Shown: positions 1 through 8,706 of the stretch, piece by piece | Layout of the letters: each line of letters opens with the position of its first letter | How positions within the stretch are numbered: position 1 is the first letter of the stretch | DNA from: a virus | IMG/VR virus record: IMGVR_UViG_3300020160_001428 | Coordinates: 8,408-72,407 of that record | Strand: one strand, 5' to 3' | DNA length: 64,000 nucleotides | Position numbers and translations under genes: made by a program | Notes under the pieces: generated by a model | What the model was told of the DNA's origin: nothing | Database searches by the model: none | Seen by the model: the letters and a program-made list of their open reading frames with translations, nothing else

Positions 1-247
1 CTGCTACTTTCTGTCCACGGATGATCAACTGATCCTGATCAATCTCTACAGTGATTTCCGCTTTGTTAAAACCTGCAACTGCAAGTTCTATCTCAAAGTT
101 ACTTTCACTATGTTTAACAAGATTAAATGGAGGATAGTTGTTAGTTTGATTTCGATTTTCGGCATCGCTAAAAATACGATCAAAACCAATTAGTGCTCTA
201 CTTAGATGGGCAAGAGCCGCCGTGTCGATAGTTCTTAGTTGTGTCAT
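1..247 (-). CDS. Small heat shock protein Hsp20/IbpA family (runs off the window start)
   Basis: Manual translation from ATG 247: MTQLRTIDTAALAHLSRALIGFDRIF...NYPPFNLVKHSESNFEIELAVAGFNKAEITVEIDQDQLIIRG, typical IbpA motifs; AAGGAGA RBS. Confidence 0.93.
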   Translation of the reverse strand, partial: MTQLRTIDTAALAHLSRALIGFDRIFSDAENRNQTNNYPPFNLVKHSESNFEIELAVAGFNKAEITVEIDQDQLIIRGQKVA

Positions 248-253
248 TATATT

Positions 254-304
254 TTCTCCTTAATTAAGCAAGAATGACTGTGGGGCCTCACCCGAGCACC
301 CCAC
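254..304 (-). promoter_or_regulatory. ROSE-like RNA thermometer in hsp20 leader
   Basis: Minus strand UCUUGCUUAAUUAAGGAGA hairpin: UUGCU with bulged G pairs with the SD; upstream GUGGGG...CCCCAC hairpin. Confidence 0.75.
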
Positions 305-315
305 GTTACTGTTTA

Positions 316-2187
316 TTAAACAGTTTCTTTAAACTCAGCATTAACAGTTTCTGGTTCACCTGTTTGTGGCTGAGGTTGTGCTTTGGCTTCCATTAATGGC
401 TGTGCCGCGGCAAACAAGTCACTGACTTTCTGCGTGATAGCTTCTTTGTCTGTGCCCTTGACTGCTTCGTCAACTTCTGTAGCGGCCGCTTCGATAGCAG
501 TTACTTGTTCAGCTGTTAACTTGTCTTTATGTTCTTCTAGATCCTTACGGACTTCGTGAACTTGTGCTTCTGCTCCATTACGTGCAGTCACTAGTTCCAC
601 AGTCTTCTTATCTTCTTCGGCATTGGCTTCGGCATCTTGTACCATCTGTTGGATCTCTGCATCGCTTAGTCCACTGTTGGCTTTGATAGTGATCTTATTT
701 TCTTTGCCAGTGTTTTTATCCTTGGCACTTACGTTAAGAATACCGTTTGCGTCGATATCAAGTGTGACTTCAATCTGTGGAGCGCCACGGCGAGCAGGTG
801 CAATACCTTCTAAGTTAAACTCGCCTAGTAGTTTGTTGTACTGTGCAAGTTCACGTTCACCTTGGCTAACTTTAATAGTTACCGCAGGTTGGTTATCTTC
901 TGCTGTTGAAAACACTTGACTGTGCTTGGTTGGGATAGTTGTGTTCTTTTGAATCAACTTGGCGAACACTCCGCCCATTGTTTCAATGCCTAATGATAGA
1001 GGTGTTACGTCAAGCAACAGCACGTCATTACGGTCACCTGCTAGCACAGCACCTTGAATGGCCGCACCCGCCGCAACTGCTTCGTCTGGGTTGACATCTT
1101 TACGTGGAGCCTTACCGAATAGTTTCTCTACTGTTTCCTGTACTTTAGGCATACGTGTCATACCACCAACAAGAATAACTTCGTCGATGTCTGCAATGCT
1201 AACACCTGCATCTTTAATAGCAGTTTGGCATGGGCCAACTGAACGCTGAATCAGTTCTTCAACTAGACTTTCTAGTTTACTGCGGCTGATAGTAATGTTC
1301 ATGTGTTTTGGGCCACTTGCATCTGCTGTGATGTATGGCAAGTTAACACTAGTACTGGCACTGCTTGACAGTTCAATCTTGGCTTTTTCAGCGGCTTCTT
1401 TTAGACGTTGTAGAGAAAGGATGTCATTCTTAAGATCAACTCCACTTTCTTTCTTGAACTCATCTACTAAAAAGTCCATGATGCGTTGATCAAAGTCTTC
1501 ACCACCTAGAAATGTATCTCCGTTAGTGCTCAGTACTTCGATTTGTTTATCGCCTTCCACATTTGCAATTTCAATGATTGATACGTCGAATGTACCACCA
1601 CCAAGATCGTAAACAGCAATTTTCCTGTCTCTTTTATCAGCTTTATCAACACCATAAGCAAGAGCTGCCGCAGTAGGCTCGTTAATAATACGAAGTACTT
1701 CCAAGCCTGCGATTTTTCCAGCGTCTTTAGTAGCCTGTCTTTGGCTGTCGTTAAAGTAAGCCGGTACTGTGATAACTGCTTGAGTAACTGTTGTACCAAG
1801 ATAATCCTCCGCTGTCTTTTTCATTTTACGTAGCACTTCTGCAGAAATCTGTGGAGGTGCTAGTTTGTCGCCATTTACTTCAACCCATGCATCACCGTTG
1901 TCGGCTTTGACAATAGAATAAGGCATCAAGTCGATGTCTTTTTGCACAGCCTGTTCATCAAACTTACGTCCAATTAAACGCTTTGCCGCATAGATTGTAT
2001 TTTTGGGATTTGTTACTGCTTGACGCTTTGCGCTTGCGCCTACTAGGATTTCGTTGTTAGCGTATGCAACAATACTAGGTGTAGTACGTGCGCCTTCGCT
2101 GTTTTCGATTACCTTTGTGACTCCATTTTCAATAATGGATACGCATGAATTTGTTGTACCTAAATCGATACCGATGACTTTGCTCAT
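316..2187 (-). CDS. dnaK: Chaperone DnaK (Hsp70)
   Basis: [28 protein letters not shown] motifs; 623 aa. Confidence 0.98.
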   Translation of the reverse strand: MSKVIGIDLGTTNSCVSIIENGVTKVIENSEGARTTPSIVAYANNEILVGASAKRQAVTNPKNTIYAAKRLIGRKFDEQAVQKDIDLMPYSIVKADNGDAWVEVNGDKLAPPQISAEVLRKMKKTAEDYLGTTVTQAVITVPAYFNDSQRQATKDAGKIAGLEVLRIINEPTAAALAYGVDKADKRDRKIAVYDLGGGTFDVSIIEIANVEGDKQIEVLSTNGDTFLGGEDFDQRIMDFLVDEFKKESGVDLKNDILSLQRLKEAAEKAKIELSSSASTSVNLPYITADASGPKHMNITISRSKLESLVEELIQRSVGPCQTAIKDAGVSIADIDEVILVGGMTRMPKVQETVEKLFGKAPRKDVNPDEAVAAGAAIQGAVLAGDRNDVLLLDVTPLSLGIETMGGVFAKLIQKNTTIPTKHSQVFSTAEDNQPAVTIKVSQGERELAQYNKLLGEFNLEGIAPARRGAPQIEVTLDIDANGILNVSAKDKNTGKENKITIKANSGLSDAEIQQMVQDAEANAEEDKKTVELVTARNGAEAQVHEVRKDLEEHKDKLTAEQVTAIEAAATEVDEAVKGTDKEAITQKVSDLFAAAQPLMEAKAQPQPQTGEPETVNAEFKETV

Positions 2188-2191
2188 AATA

Positions 2192-2264
2192 TTCTCCTTA
2201 AATTAAGCAAGATTTAGTTTGGGCGCCATGCCCGTTTGTAGAACCCTCTACGGCATCCTACAAA
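2192..2264 (-). promoter_or_regulatory. ROSE-like RNA thermometer in dnaK leader
   Basis: UCUUGCUUAAUUUAAGGAGA SD-sequestering hairpin nearly identical to the hsp20 leader; two upstream hairpins (UUUGUAG..CUACAAA, GGGC..GCCC). Confidence 0.7.
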
Positions 2265-2266
2265 TT

Positions 2267-2272
2267 TATTTA
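2267..2272 (-). promoter_or_regulatory. T4-like late promoter (TAAATA) for dnaK-hsp20
   Basis: TAAATA immediately 5' of the structured dnaK leader; motif recurs in intergenic gaps throughout the window. Confidence 0.6.
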
Positions 2273-2274
2273 TC

Positions 2275-2559
2275 TCAGTGTGTCTCGAGATTTTCAATAT
2301 TTGACCATAACTTTAGCTTCTCAATCTTAGCTACTTGTGCGGCTTCAATATTTGTCCAGCTAACAATATCCATACGTTGTAGGATGTCAATCATTGCTAG
2401 CATGTCGCCTAGTTCTTCTTCTAGGTGTTGTCTGTTAGTTTTAGGTTTTCCGGGTTTAAAATTATCAAGTCCAAAACGGCTAATCTTACTAACAGCTTGA
2501 ATAACTTCTGCACATTCTTCTTGGAGAATGTCCATTACTTCTTTTTCTTGATGATTCAT
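2275..2559 (-). CDS. MazG-like nucleotide pyrophosphohydrolase
   Basis: ILQEECAEVIQAVSK...LEEELGDMLAMI (EExxE/EExxD); start re-assigned to ATG 2559. Confidence 0.8.
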   Translation of the reverse strand: MNHQEKEVMDILQEECAEVIQAVSKISRFGLDNFKPGKPKTNRQHLEEELGDMLAMIDILQRMDIVSWTNIEAAQVAKIEKLKLWSNIENLETH

Positions 2560-2560
2560 A

Positions 2561-2803
2561 TTAATACATTTTCTTAGGAAGTGCTTGTTTAGCCAACTCT
2601 TTTTGCCAACGATTCTTTGCGGCAGATTTTTTACGTTTGCGCTCAGTAGTTGGTTTTTCATAAAATTCACGAGCACGTAGATCGTTTAGTAATCCACTGT
2701 CTTGTACTTTCTTTTTAAACTTACGCAATGCCCGTTCAATAGGCTCTCCGTCTTTTACAAAAACCGTATTACCTATAAACTTATTGTACTGATTCTCTCT
2801 CAT
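2561..2803 (-). CDS. rpsU: Ribosomal protein bS21
   Basis: [18 protein letters not shown]...[18 protein letters not shown]. Confidence 0.93.
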   Translation of the reverse strand: MRENQYNKFIGNTVFVKDGEPIERALRKFKKKVQDSGLLNDLRAREFYEKPTTERKRKKSAAKNRWQKELAKQALPKKMY

Positions 2804-3170
2804 TTGAGTCCTTTTTTATATTTGGAAAATCAAAAAATCTATTTTGATTTAACAAGTCCCATTGCACCTGCATGTGCTCACACTTATAATATGTATTAGG
2901 TAGAGTCAAAAGGTAGCCTAGAAAGTGGCTAACATTAGACCCGCAGTTATCAATGTCTATGATAATAACGTCAGTCATCCTTGCAGTAATCAGTAACCAT
3001 TTAATATCCGTTTCATTACTGAACAAATAGATATTGACTGCATCATCGTGTGTAGCTAGGTAATCTTCTAGAGATTTCTTTAGCTCTGTGCTAGGACATA
3101 CTAACAACATTGATTCTGTTTGATCAAATATCAAATCAGGTGGTGTGATTATTTTTATGCTATTCTGCAT
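2781..3170 (-). CDS. Hypothetical protein
   Basis: 129 aa ORF in operon, overlaps rpsU start. Confidence 0.7.
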   Translation of the reverse strand: MQNSIKIITPPDLIFDQTESMLLVCPSTELKKSLEDYLATHDDAVNIYLFSNETDIKWLLITARMTDVIIIDIDNCGSNVSHFLGYLLTLPNTYYKCEHMQVQWDLLNQNRFFDFPNIKKDSNERESVQ

Positions 3171-3236
3171 TTAATTTTTTATCTTGGATTCGTTGCCAAA
3201 GTGTTCGTTCACTTTGCTCGCTATTTTGAACATAGT

Positions 3237-4670
3237 CTATTCCACTATCTTCTTGACTTGTTGATTGTCTTCCTTGACTATGTAGGTCTTTTTTTTAGAT
3301 TCTTCTACCTGAGCAAGTATCTGAAGTAGTGCGTCAGTATCTGAAGTCTCTGTATTAACCCATTGGTCGCCGTTAAAGATGTACTCTCTAGATTCTTCAG
3401 TTGTCGACAGTTTTTTAAATTCATCTCCAGCCACTGGATTCTCTGGAAACTCATATCCTTCAAGAAGATTTACTTCTTCGCCGTTGCCGTCTATATATGT
3501 TTCGCCTGTGGCTAGACGCTCTTGTAATGTAGACTCTTTTTCCTTAGCAACTTCAGCTTCTGCGGCTTCAATCATCTTGTTCCATGCGTCGATATCAGCG
3601 ACTGGCATTGTGCTGTCTACAGTTTCAACTAGTATTGGATCCGCTTTTGGAAAATCAATTGGATTATCTGTGTTGGTTACGTGGTAACCTGGAAAAGGCC
3701 ATTCTGCTTTTATTTCTGGAAGTAGTTCGCTCTTGGTAATAACTTCTCCATTGGGCAACTCATCCTTGGCGATTTCTTTTATCTGCTCAATTTGTGCATC
3801 AGTCAATGGACCGTCATCTTGCTCGTATGCAGGATCGTTACTAGATTCTGTGACAGTGGTTGACGGGGAGACTATATCAACAACCGGACCTACTGGGCTG
3901 TCACCCTCCGCATTTTCTTTCCTCCAGCCCCAAGTCATTTGGCTCGCTAACAACATTAGCACAGCAAGTGGGTCGAATACTGCTACAATGACCATGATAA
4001 CCCATGTCACTGCTTTTTCTAAAAGATTGGCATCTGGATTATCGCCGTAGATTAGTGCGGCAATATATTTTATAGGCCCAACCTCTGCCTCAACTTTACG
4101 GACTTCGGCCGCGATGGGCGCCCGTTCTTCGTTAAGTGTTGAGATTCTTTTTTGGCTTTCTGCAATGTCTTGAGCGATGCGACTACGTTCTTTCTGCTGG
4201 GCTCTTCGAATGGTAACGGCTTTTTCCGCGCCCTTTTCGTCTTGACTGCGACCCATAACTTGATCCACAGCCTCATCCATCTGTTTGAGTGCTTTGCGAT
4301 TAGCATCTATGTTCTCTTTTTCTGTTTTAATTTTTTCATCATATATGGCAATCTTACCTTGAACATCGCCACTGACAATATTTTGATCTAAGTGTGCCTT
4401 TGATAGGAATCCAAAGATACCCATAGAGGTAATAACCATTAATACAACAACGGCTATGCTCATGTAGGCTTTCATTAGCTTTGGTATGCGGGTCCAATAT
4501 GCTTTTAACCAACTTGCGGCCACTAGTTTAGATACTTCTAAAGTAGTACCCATAACGACAATAGGCCAAAATGCGGCCGCAAATATTGACGTTAGTCCTA
4601 TCACTGAATAATAGATTGCTACCGCACTTAATGTTAATCCTGAGAGAGCTAGTAAAATTGAAAATGTCAT
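3237..4670 (-). CDS. Membrane protein with coiled coil and acidic tail; possible -1 frameshift extension to 3160
   Basis: Three N-terminal TM segments, coiled coil, fourth TM; A_AAA_AAG near the 3' end. Confidence 0.8.
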   Translation of the reverse strand: MTFSILLALSGLTLSAVAIYYSVIGLTSIFAAAFWPIVVMGTTLEVSKLVAASWLKAYWTRIPKLMKAYMSIAVVVLMVITSMGIFGFLSKAHLDQNIVSGDVQGKIAIYDEKIKTEKENIDANRKALKQMDEAVDQVMGRSQDEKGAEKAVTIRRAQQKERSRIAQDIAESQKRISTLNEERAPIAAEVRKVEAEVGPIKYIAALIYGDNPDANLLEKAVTWVIMVIVAVFDPLAVLMLLASQMTWGWRKENAEGDSPVGPVVDIVSPSTTVTESSNDPAYEQDDGPLTDAQIEQIKEIAKDELPNGEVITKSELLPEIKAEWPFPGYHVTNTDNPIDFPKADPILVETVDSTMPVADIDAWNKMIEAAEAEVAKEKESTLQERLATGETYIDGNGEEVNLLEGYEFPENPVAGDEFKKLSTTEESREYIFNGDQWVNTETSDTDALLQILAQVEESKKKTYIVKEDNQQVKKIVE

Positions 4671-4676
4671 AAGTAG

Positions 4677-4682
4677 TATTTA
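4677..4682 (-). promoter_or_regulatory. Late promoter TAAATA, 6 nt before ATG
   Basis: TAAATA-ctactt-ATG, no SD. Confidence 0.55.
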
Positions 4683-5102
4683 TCGCTCACTGAATGTCCA
4701 AAACTTACTATCTATTGTTTTGCAGGCCCATTCAGTGTAGTCCCTTATGGTATTGTCTTTTTCTACTTGTGTAAACAACATGCGACAATATCCGCCTTGT
4801 ACAGGTTTAGTCATTACTACTTTTACACGCCCTGCGGTAGCATTAGACGGGTTAGTCCACTCTGCTACTGCGCCAGTTTCTAAATGGCTTGCCGCAAAAA
4901 TAACAGTTTTGATATGTTGTTTTCGATCTTCACTAGATAATGAGCCACTGGCCTGTTTATATATATTGCCAAGTATAGCAATAAAATTTGCAGGTTCGTT
5001 ATAGTCAGTTCTAACGCCAGCAGTTGCACTCAAAGGTATAGTAGTAACAGCATGGGCTGTACTAACGGAAAGTATTAGAGTCAACAACAGTAAACGTGCC
5101 AT
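4680..5102 (-). CDS. Exported protein resembling the 17 kDa surface antigen (RT0821/Lpp0805) family
   Basis: Signal peptide MARLLLLTLILSVSTAHA; WTNPSNATAGRV...GYCR...WACK pattern. Confidence 0.6.
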   Translation of the reverse strand: MARLLLLTLILSVSTAHAVTTIPLSATAGVRTDYNEPANFIAILGNIYKQASGSLSSEDRKQHIKTVIFAASHLETGAVAEWTNPSNATAGRVKVVMTKPVQGGYCRMLFTQVEKDNTIRDYTEWACKTIDSKFWTFSER

Positions 5103-5391
5103 TGTGTTTCTTACAAACATACAATTTCTCCCGGACAGTTCGTCCACCTAAATTCATTGTGATATAGCTTTCAGTACAATCTTTGGCGATGCCCATTTTT
5201 GCCGGAACATACTGTTCTACCGGATCATCTGAGCATTTAACTGTAGTAGTGCTATTAACAGATTCTTTGTTTACAGTCTGCACAGTCTGACTAGTGTAGC
5301 AATATTGGTTACTGCCTATCCTAGTAGACTGTGGCACACTTGAGCACCCTACTAAAAAGACCACTGCTATTAATGTAATAGCCTTGATCAT
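5062..5391 (-). CDS. Putative lipoprotein
   Basis: Lipobox LVGC after a hydrophobic stretch; four further Cys. Confidence 0.7.
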   Translation of the reverse strand: MIKAITLIAVVFLVGCSSVPQSTRIGSNQYCYTSQTVQTVNKESVNSTTTVKCSDDPVEQYVPAKMGIAKDCTESYITMNLGGRTVREKLYVCKKHNGTFTVVDSNTFR

Positions 5392-5392
5392 C

Positions 5393-5872
5393 TTAGTTAC
5401 CTTTGGCTTCAGCAATCAACTGATCAAAGTCATTCTTTTGGATCTTCAAACGTACAAAGGTGTAGTGTTTCCCACTCATTGTAAACTGACCCATATCACG
5501 TTGCAAGTGCTTGCGAATAGCAGTATCTGCAACTTTGTAACTGATCACAGTTTTGGTTGTCTTCTTGTCGTTGATGATAGCAATCTCAGTTTCTGAGTTG
5601 ACTTTACCGTTAATGCGTTTGGCAAAGTTATTCATAGCCACAGCATACATCTGTTCTTCAGCGGCCTGCAAGTAAGCGGATTCGCCTGCGCCACAAGCAT
5701 ACGCATATTCTTTTTCCCACCAGAACCAACCTTCAGTACCTGCCTGGGCACAGTTTTTGTACCAATCAGGTTGAGCAAACGTTTTGCGTTCCTCAATAGG
5801 GGACAACGAAGAACATGCAGTCAACGAAACGATGCCTGCTACCAAAAGTGCCTTAGTTAAAATGCCTGTCAT
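5393..5872 (-). CDS. Putative lipoprotein (LPP20-like)
   Basis: Lipobox LTAC; PDWY...GAGES...A pattern. Confidence 0.7.
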   Translation of the reverse strand: MTGILTKALLVAGIVSLTACSSLSPIEERKTFAQPDWYKNCAQAGTEGWFWWEKEYAYACGAGESAYLQAAEEQMYAVAMNNFAKRINGKVNSETEIAIINDKKTTKTVISYKVADTAIRKHLQRDMGQFTMSGKHYTFVRLKIQKNDFDQLIAEAKGN

Positions 5873-5919
5873 ATAAGCCTCATGTGTGTGTTAAAAAATA
5901 TAGTTTTCACTATGTACAT

Positions 5920-5948
5920 AGTATAACACCTCCCGAAGGAGGTGTCAA
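5920..5948 (-). promoter_or_regulatory. Sigma70-type promoter TTGACA-N17-TATACT whose spacer is a UUCG hairpin
   Basis: Minus strand TTGACAcctccttcgggaggtgtTATACT; ACACCTCC-TTCG-GGAGGTGT inverted repeat 5926-5945. Confidence 0.75.
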
Positions 5949-5968
5949 GTGCTTTTGGCTATTCAAAT

Positions 5969-6298
5969 TTATTTGATAAAGATCAGCGCCATTAAAGTGG
6001 CCTGTAGCGCAAAGCCCAAACCAATAGTAATGATATTGAGCATATCTTTGTTCAAAATGGCTTTGATGAACAGTAATACTAGAGCTGTCCAAACCATAAG
6101 AATGATATCCACTCCCGGCATTTTGTCAGTTAGCCCTTTCATCACAGCAATCCAAGTTGGGACTGTTGCACAATGCAAAACTAGCACGGCTACCCAACCG
6201 ATTGCTTCTGCACTGATATGGCTAAACTGCTCTGCAAAGAATGTTTTCATTCCTGTTACAAACTTATCAAACTGTACTAAAAACTTTTCCATAATCAA
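5969..6298 (-). CDS. Small membrane protein (3 TM)
   Basis: Hydrophobic helices; ATGA overlap with upstream hydrolase. Confidence 0.7.
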   Translation of the reverse strand: MIMEKFLVQFDKFVTGMKTFFAEQFSHISAEAIGWVAVLVLHCATVPTWIAVMKGLTDKMPGVDIILMVWTALVLLFIKAILNKDMLNIITIGLGFALQATLMALIFIK

Positions 6299-6837
6299 AG
6301 ATCCCTATAAAATATGTGACGACCAATTTGTCCAATCTTTGGTTTGCCCCATCTTGGATTTACATAATCTGCATGATAGTACATGGCATTTTTTAGGATG
6401 TCAAGTCTAAATCCTTCTAGCAGAACTTTTTTGGCTACTTCATAGCTCTCTTTATAAGCTGGTCCGTTCACTGGTCTTAGTTTGACTGCGCTATCGCAGT
6501 ACCAACTGAACTGACAAACTACTTTTTCCATAAAGATGTTCTTTTGGAAGACAACTCCACAAACATCACTTGGAAATCTTGAATCACTGGCACGGTTCAT
6601 AGTTACCTGTGCTACAGCTACCTTACCTTCAAAGGGCTCGTGACCCGCTTCATGGTATATATTACGAGCAAGACAGTCTAGCTGACGCTCTCGATCTTTA
6701 ATAGTGACTACATCGTTAGTGACAAATAATGCCGTTTGATCTAACTTAGCCAATTTGGTCTGTGTAATAGTCTGCACAAAAATAGCAGTCAACAACAAAC
6801 TCAAACCTAGTACAAACATACGTATGGATTTTTCCAT
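6295..6837 (-). CDS. Cell wall hydrolase, SleB/Hydrolase_2 family
   Basis: CLARNIYHEAGHEPFEGKVAVAQVTMNR, CQFSWYC, YYHADYVNPRW, IGRHIFY. Confidence 0.92.
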   Translation of the reverse strand: MEKSIRMFVLGLSLLLTAIFVQTITQTKLAKLDQTALFVTNDVVTIKDRERQLDCLARNIYHEAGHEPFEGKVAVAQVTMNRASDSRFPSDVCGVVFQKNIFMEKVVCQFSWYCDSAVKLRPVNGPAYKESYEVAKKVLLEGFRLDILKNAMYYHADYVNPRWGKPKIGQIGRHIFYRDL

Positions 6838-6856
6838 AAGTTTCTCCTTTTAGTTA

Positions 6857-6970
6857 ATGCGCCAAAAGCAATAGCACATAGGAAGTTAAAAAACTATAAA
6901 ACTTCCTGTTCCCAAAAAATTCATAACTTTTCTTGGGCGGGTTAAGTAGTTAGCTCAGAATCCCACTGAG
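6857..6970 (-). ncRNA. Structured leader of four tandem hairpins (candidate cis-regulatory RNA)
   Basis: Stems 6857-6879, 6880-6907, 6911-6937, 6954-6970; mismatches become G-U pairs only on the minus strand. Confidence 0.45.
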
Positions 6971-7366
6971 TTATCTACGCATTTTGCTGATATCAATGGC
7001 TTCCTCGTCTGAGAAAACAGGCACTGCATTGCTTTTATGCATGGTTGCAATACCCTTTACTTTGGTACCAGTATAAACCTTGGCTGGTTTAAGGGTAGCA
7101 TTACCCAGACCAGTATCTACACTTTTAATATGGGCAGTAGTATTACGCCCTTGAGGAATAGTTAACGAGTATTTGGTGCTCAATAGCTCTGTTGATGCCA
7201 TTGCTCGTTTACGTTTCTTTTCCTCTAACTCTATACCTTGCCTTTTGAGCAGGTCTTTCCACGATTCATCCAATTGTTCTGCCTTTCGTTTTGCCTCGGC
7301 TGAAGCAAACTTCTTTTTGCCTTTCTTTTTGCCTGTGGTACTTAGCCACGGACCTTCCAAATGCAT
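6971..7366 (-). CDS. Conserved phage hypothetical protein
   Basis: Basic protein ending YTGTKVKGIATMHKSNAVPVF; start re-assigned to MHLEG. Confidence 0.75.
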   Translation of the reverse strand: MHLEGPWLSTTGKKKGKKKFASAEAKRKAEQLDESWKDLLKRQGIELEEKKRKRAMASTELLSTKYSLTIPQGRNTTAHIKSVDTGLGNATLKPAKVYTGTKVKGIATMHKSNAVPVFSDEEAIDISKMRR

Positions 7367-7405
7367 ACTCAAAATATTTCTCCAAAAGTTAAACACATAA
7401 GCACT

Positions 7406-7434
7406 ATTATATAGGCTTTTTACTAACTTGTCAA
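7406..7434 (-). promoter_or_regulatory. Sigma70-type early promoter TTGACA-N17-TATAAT
   Basis: Perfect consensus, 17 nt spacer. Confidence 0.85.
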
Positions 7435-7444
7435 CTTTTTTGGT

Positions 7445-7765
7445 TTAGACGCGAAACGACTCACCACACCCGCAACGATCGCGTTCATTTGGGTTGGCAA
7501 ATTCAAAACCCTCATTGAGTCCATTGCGAACCCAATCTACTTCTAGTCCTGATACATAGGCAAGACTCTTTGGATCAACGAATAACTTACAGCCCTTTGA
7601 TTCAAAACATTCATCTTCTGGATTTACGTTATCAACATACTCGAGTACATAAGCCAATCCACTACATCCGGTGGTTCTTACGCCGACTCTCAATCCGAGC
7701 CCTTTGCCCCTACGCTCTAACTGGCGTTGAACTTTTACTGCCGCGTGATCAGTTAACGATATCAT
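7445..7765 (-). CDS. iscA: Fe-S cluster A-type carrier IscA
   Basis: [23 protein letters not shown]. Confidence 0.93.
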   Translation of the reverse strand: MISLTDHAAVKVQRQLERRGKGLGLRVGVRTTGCSGLAYVLEYVDNVNPEDECFESKGCKLFVDPKSLAYVSGLEVDWVRNGLNEGFEFANPNERDRCGCGESFRV

Positions 7766-8144
7766 GCTGTTTGGCCTTATAGTCTGCTACTGCGGCTTTT
7801 ATTGCGTCTTCGGCAAGAATTGAACAATGGATCTTAACTGGCGGTAGGGCTAGTTCTTCGGCAATTTCGGAATTTTTAAGCTCACTGGCTTTGTCGATGT
7901 GCATACCCTTGACCCACTCTGTAACGAGGCTCGAGCTCGCGATAGCCGATCCGCAGCCATACGTTTTAAATTTTGCATCTGTAATAATACCTGTATCATT
8001 GTCCACCTTTATCTGTAATTTCATTACGTCTCCGCAAGCAGGAGCTCCGACCATACCTGTACCAATGCCGTCTTCATCTTTACCAAATGATCCCACATTA
8101 CGCGGATTCTCATAGTGGTCTATTACTTTATCGCTGTATGCCAT
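7749..8144 (-). CDS. iscU: Fe-S scaffold IscU
   Basis: [46 protein letters not shown]. Confidence 0.96.
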   Translation of the reverse strand: MAYSDKVIDHYENPRNVGSFGKDEDGIGTGMVGAPACGDVMKLQIKVDNDTGIITDAKFKTYGCGSAIASSSLVTEWVKGMHIDKASELKNSEIAEELALPPVKIHCSILAEDAIKAAVADYKAKQHDIVN

Positions 8145-8145
8145 T

Positions 8146-8706
8146 TTATCTTCCTTGTAATCGGTCATTTACGACTGACCAATCGATAATTCGCCAAATA
8201 TTTTCTAAATACTTGGCTTTATTTTGTTGATAGTCTAATGCCCACGCATGTTCCCATGCATCTATCAATAGAGCAATAGTCATGCCCTTTGTGTATTCGT
8301 GATTATGTATTGTATGTAACTTGCCACCTGGATCCATGTAAATCCAATTTGATCCTTGCGCGGCCATAAATTCTTTTTCTACTGCTTCTTTAAACTTGTC
8401 AAAGCTACCATAGGCCGCATCGATAAGTTCTGCACTATCGCCTGCGGGCTTGTTTGCGGCTCTTGCAGGAGTAAGTCCTGCAAAGAACAAGTTATGCAGT
8501 ACTGCGCCGCCGTAGTTAAACTTTGAGTCACCTTCACCTTTATTGTATCTTTCAAAATACTTTGCGGCCAAACCGTCAAAGTGATAGTTAAGAGTTGCTT
8601 CACTCATAACAGGATCTAACTCGTTCTTATCAAACTTTAATTTGCTTTGAACTAGTTCTCTGCCGTCAGCATCCTCTTTAAGATACTTAATAAAGTGCAT
8701 GGTCAT
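8146..8706 (-). CDS. Fe/Mn superoxide dismutase (divergent)
   Basis: LDPVMSEATLNYH, LHNLFF, DAWEHAW. Confidence 0.85.
   Translation of the reverse strand: MTMHFIKYLKEDADGRELVQSKLKFDKNELDPVMSEATLNYHFDGLAAKYFERYNKGEGDSKFNYGGAVLHNLFFAGLTPARAANKPAGDSAELIDAAYGSFDKFKEAVEKEFMAAQGSNWIYMDPGGKLHTIHNHEYTKGMTIALLIDAWEHAWALDYQQNKAKYLENIWRIIDWSVVNDRLQGR

Noticed and set aside
2800-2820. Third A_AAA_AAG heptamer near the end of ORF 2781..3170
   Set aside because: The -1 frame stops after three codons; the sequence is better explained as the rpsU ribosome-binding region
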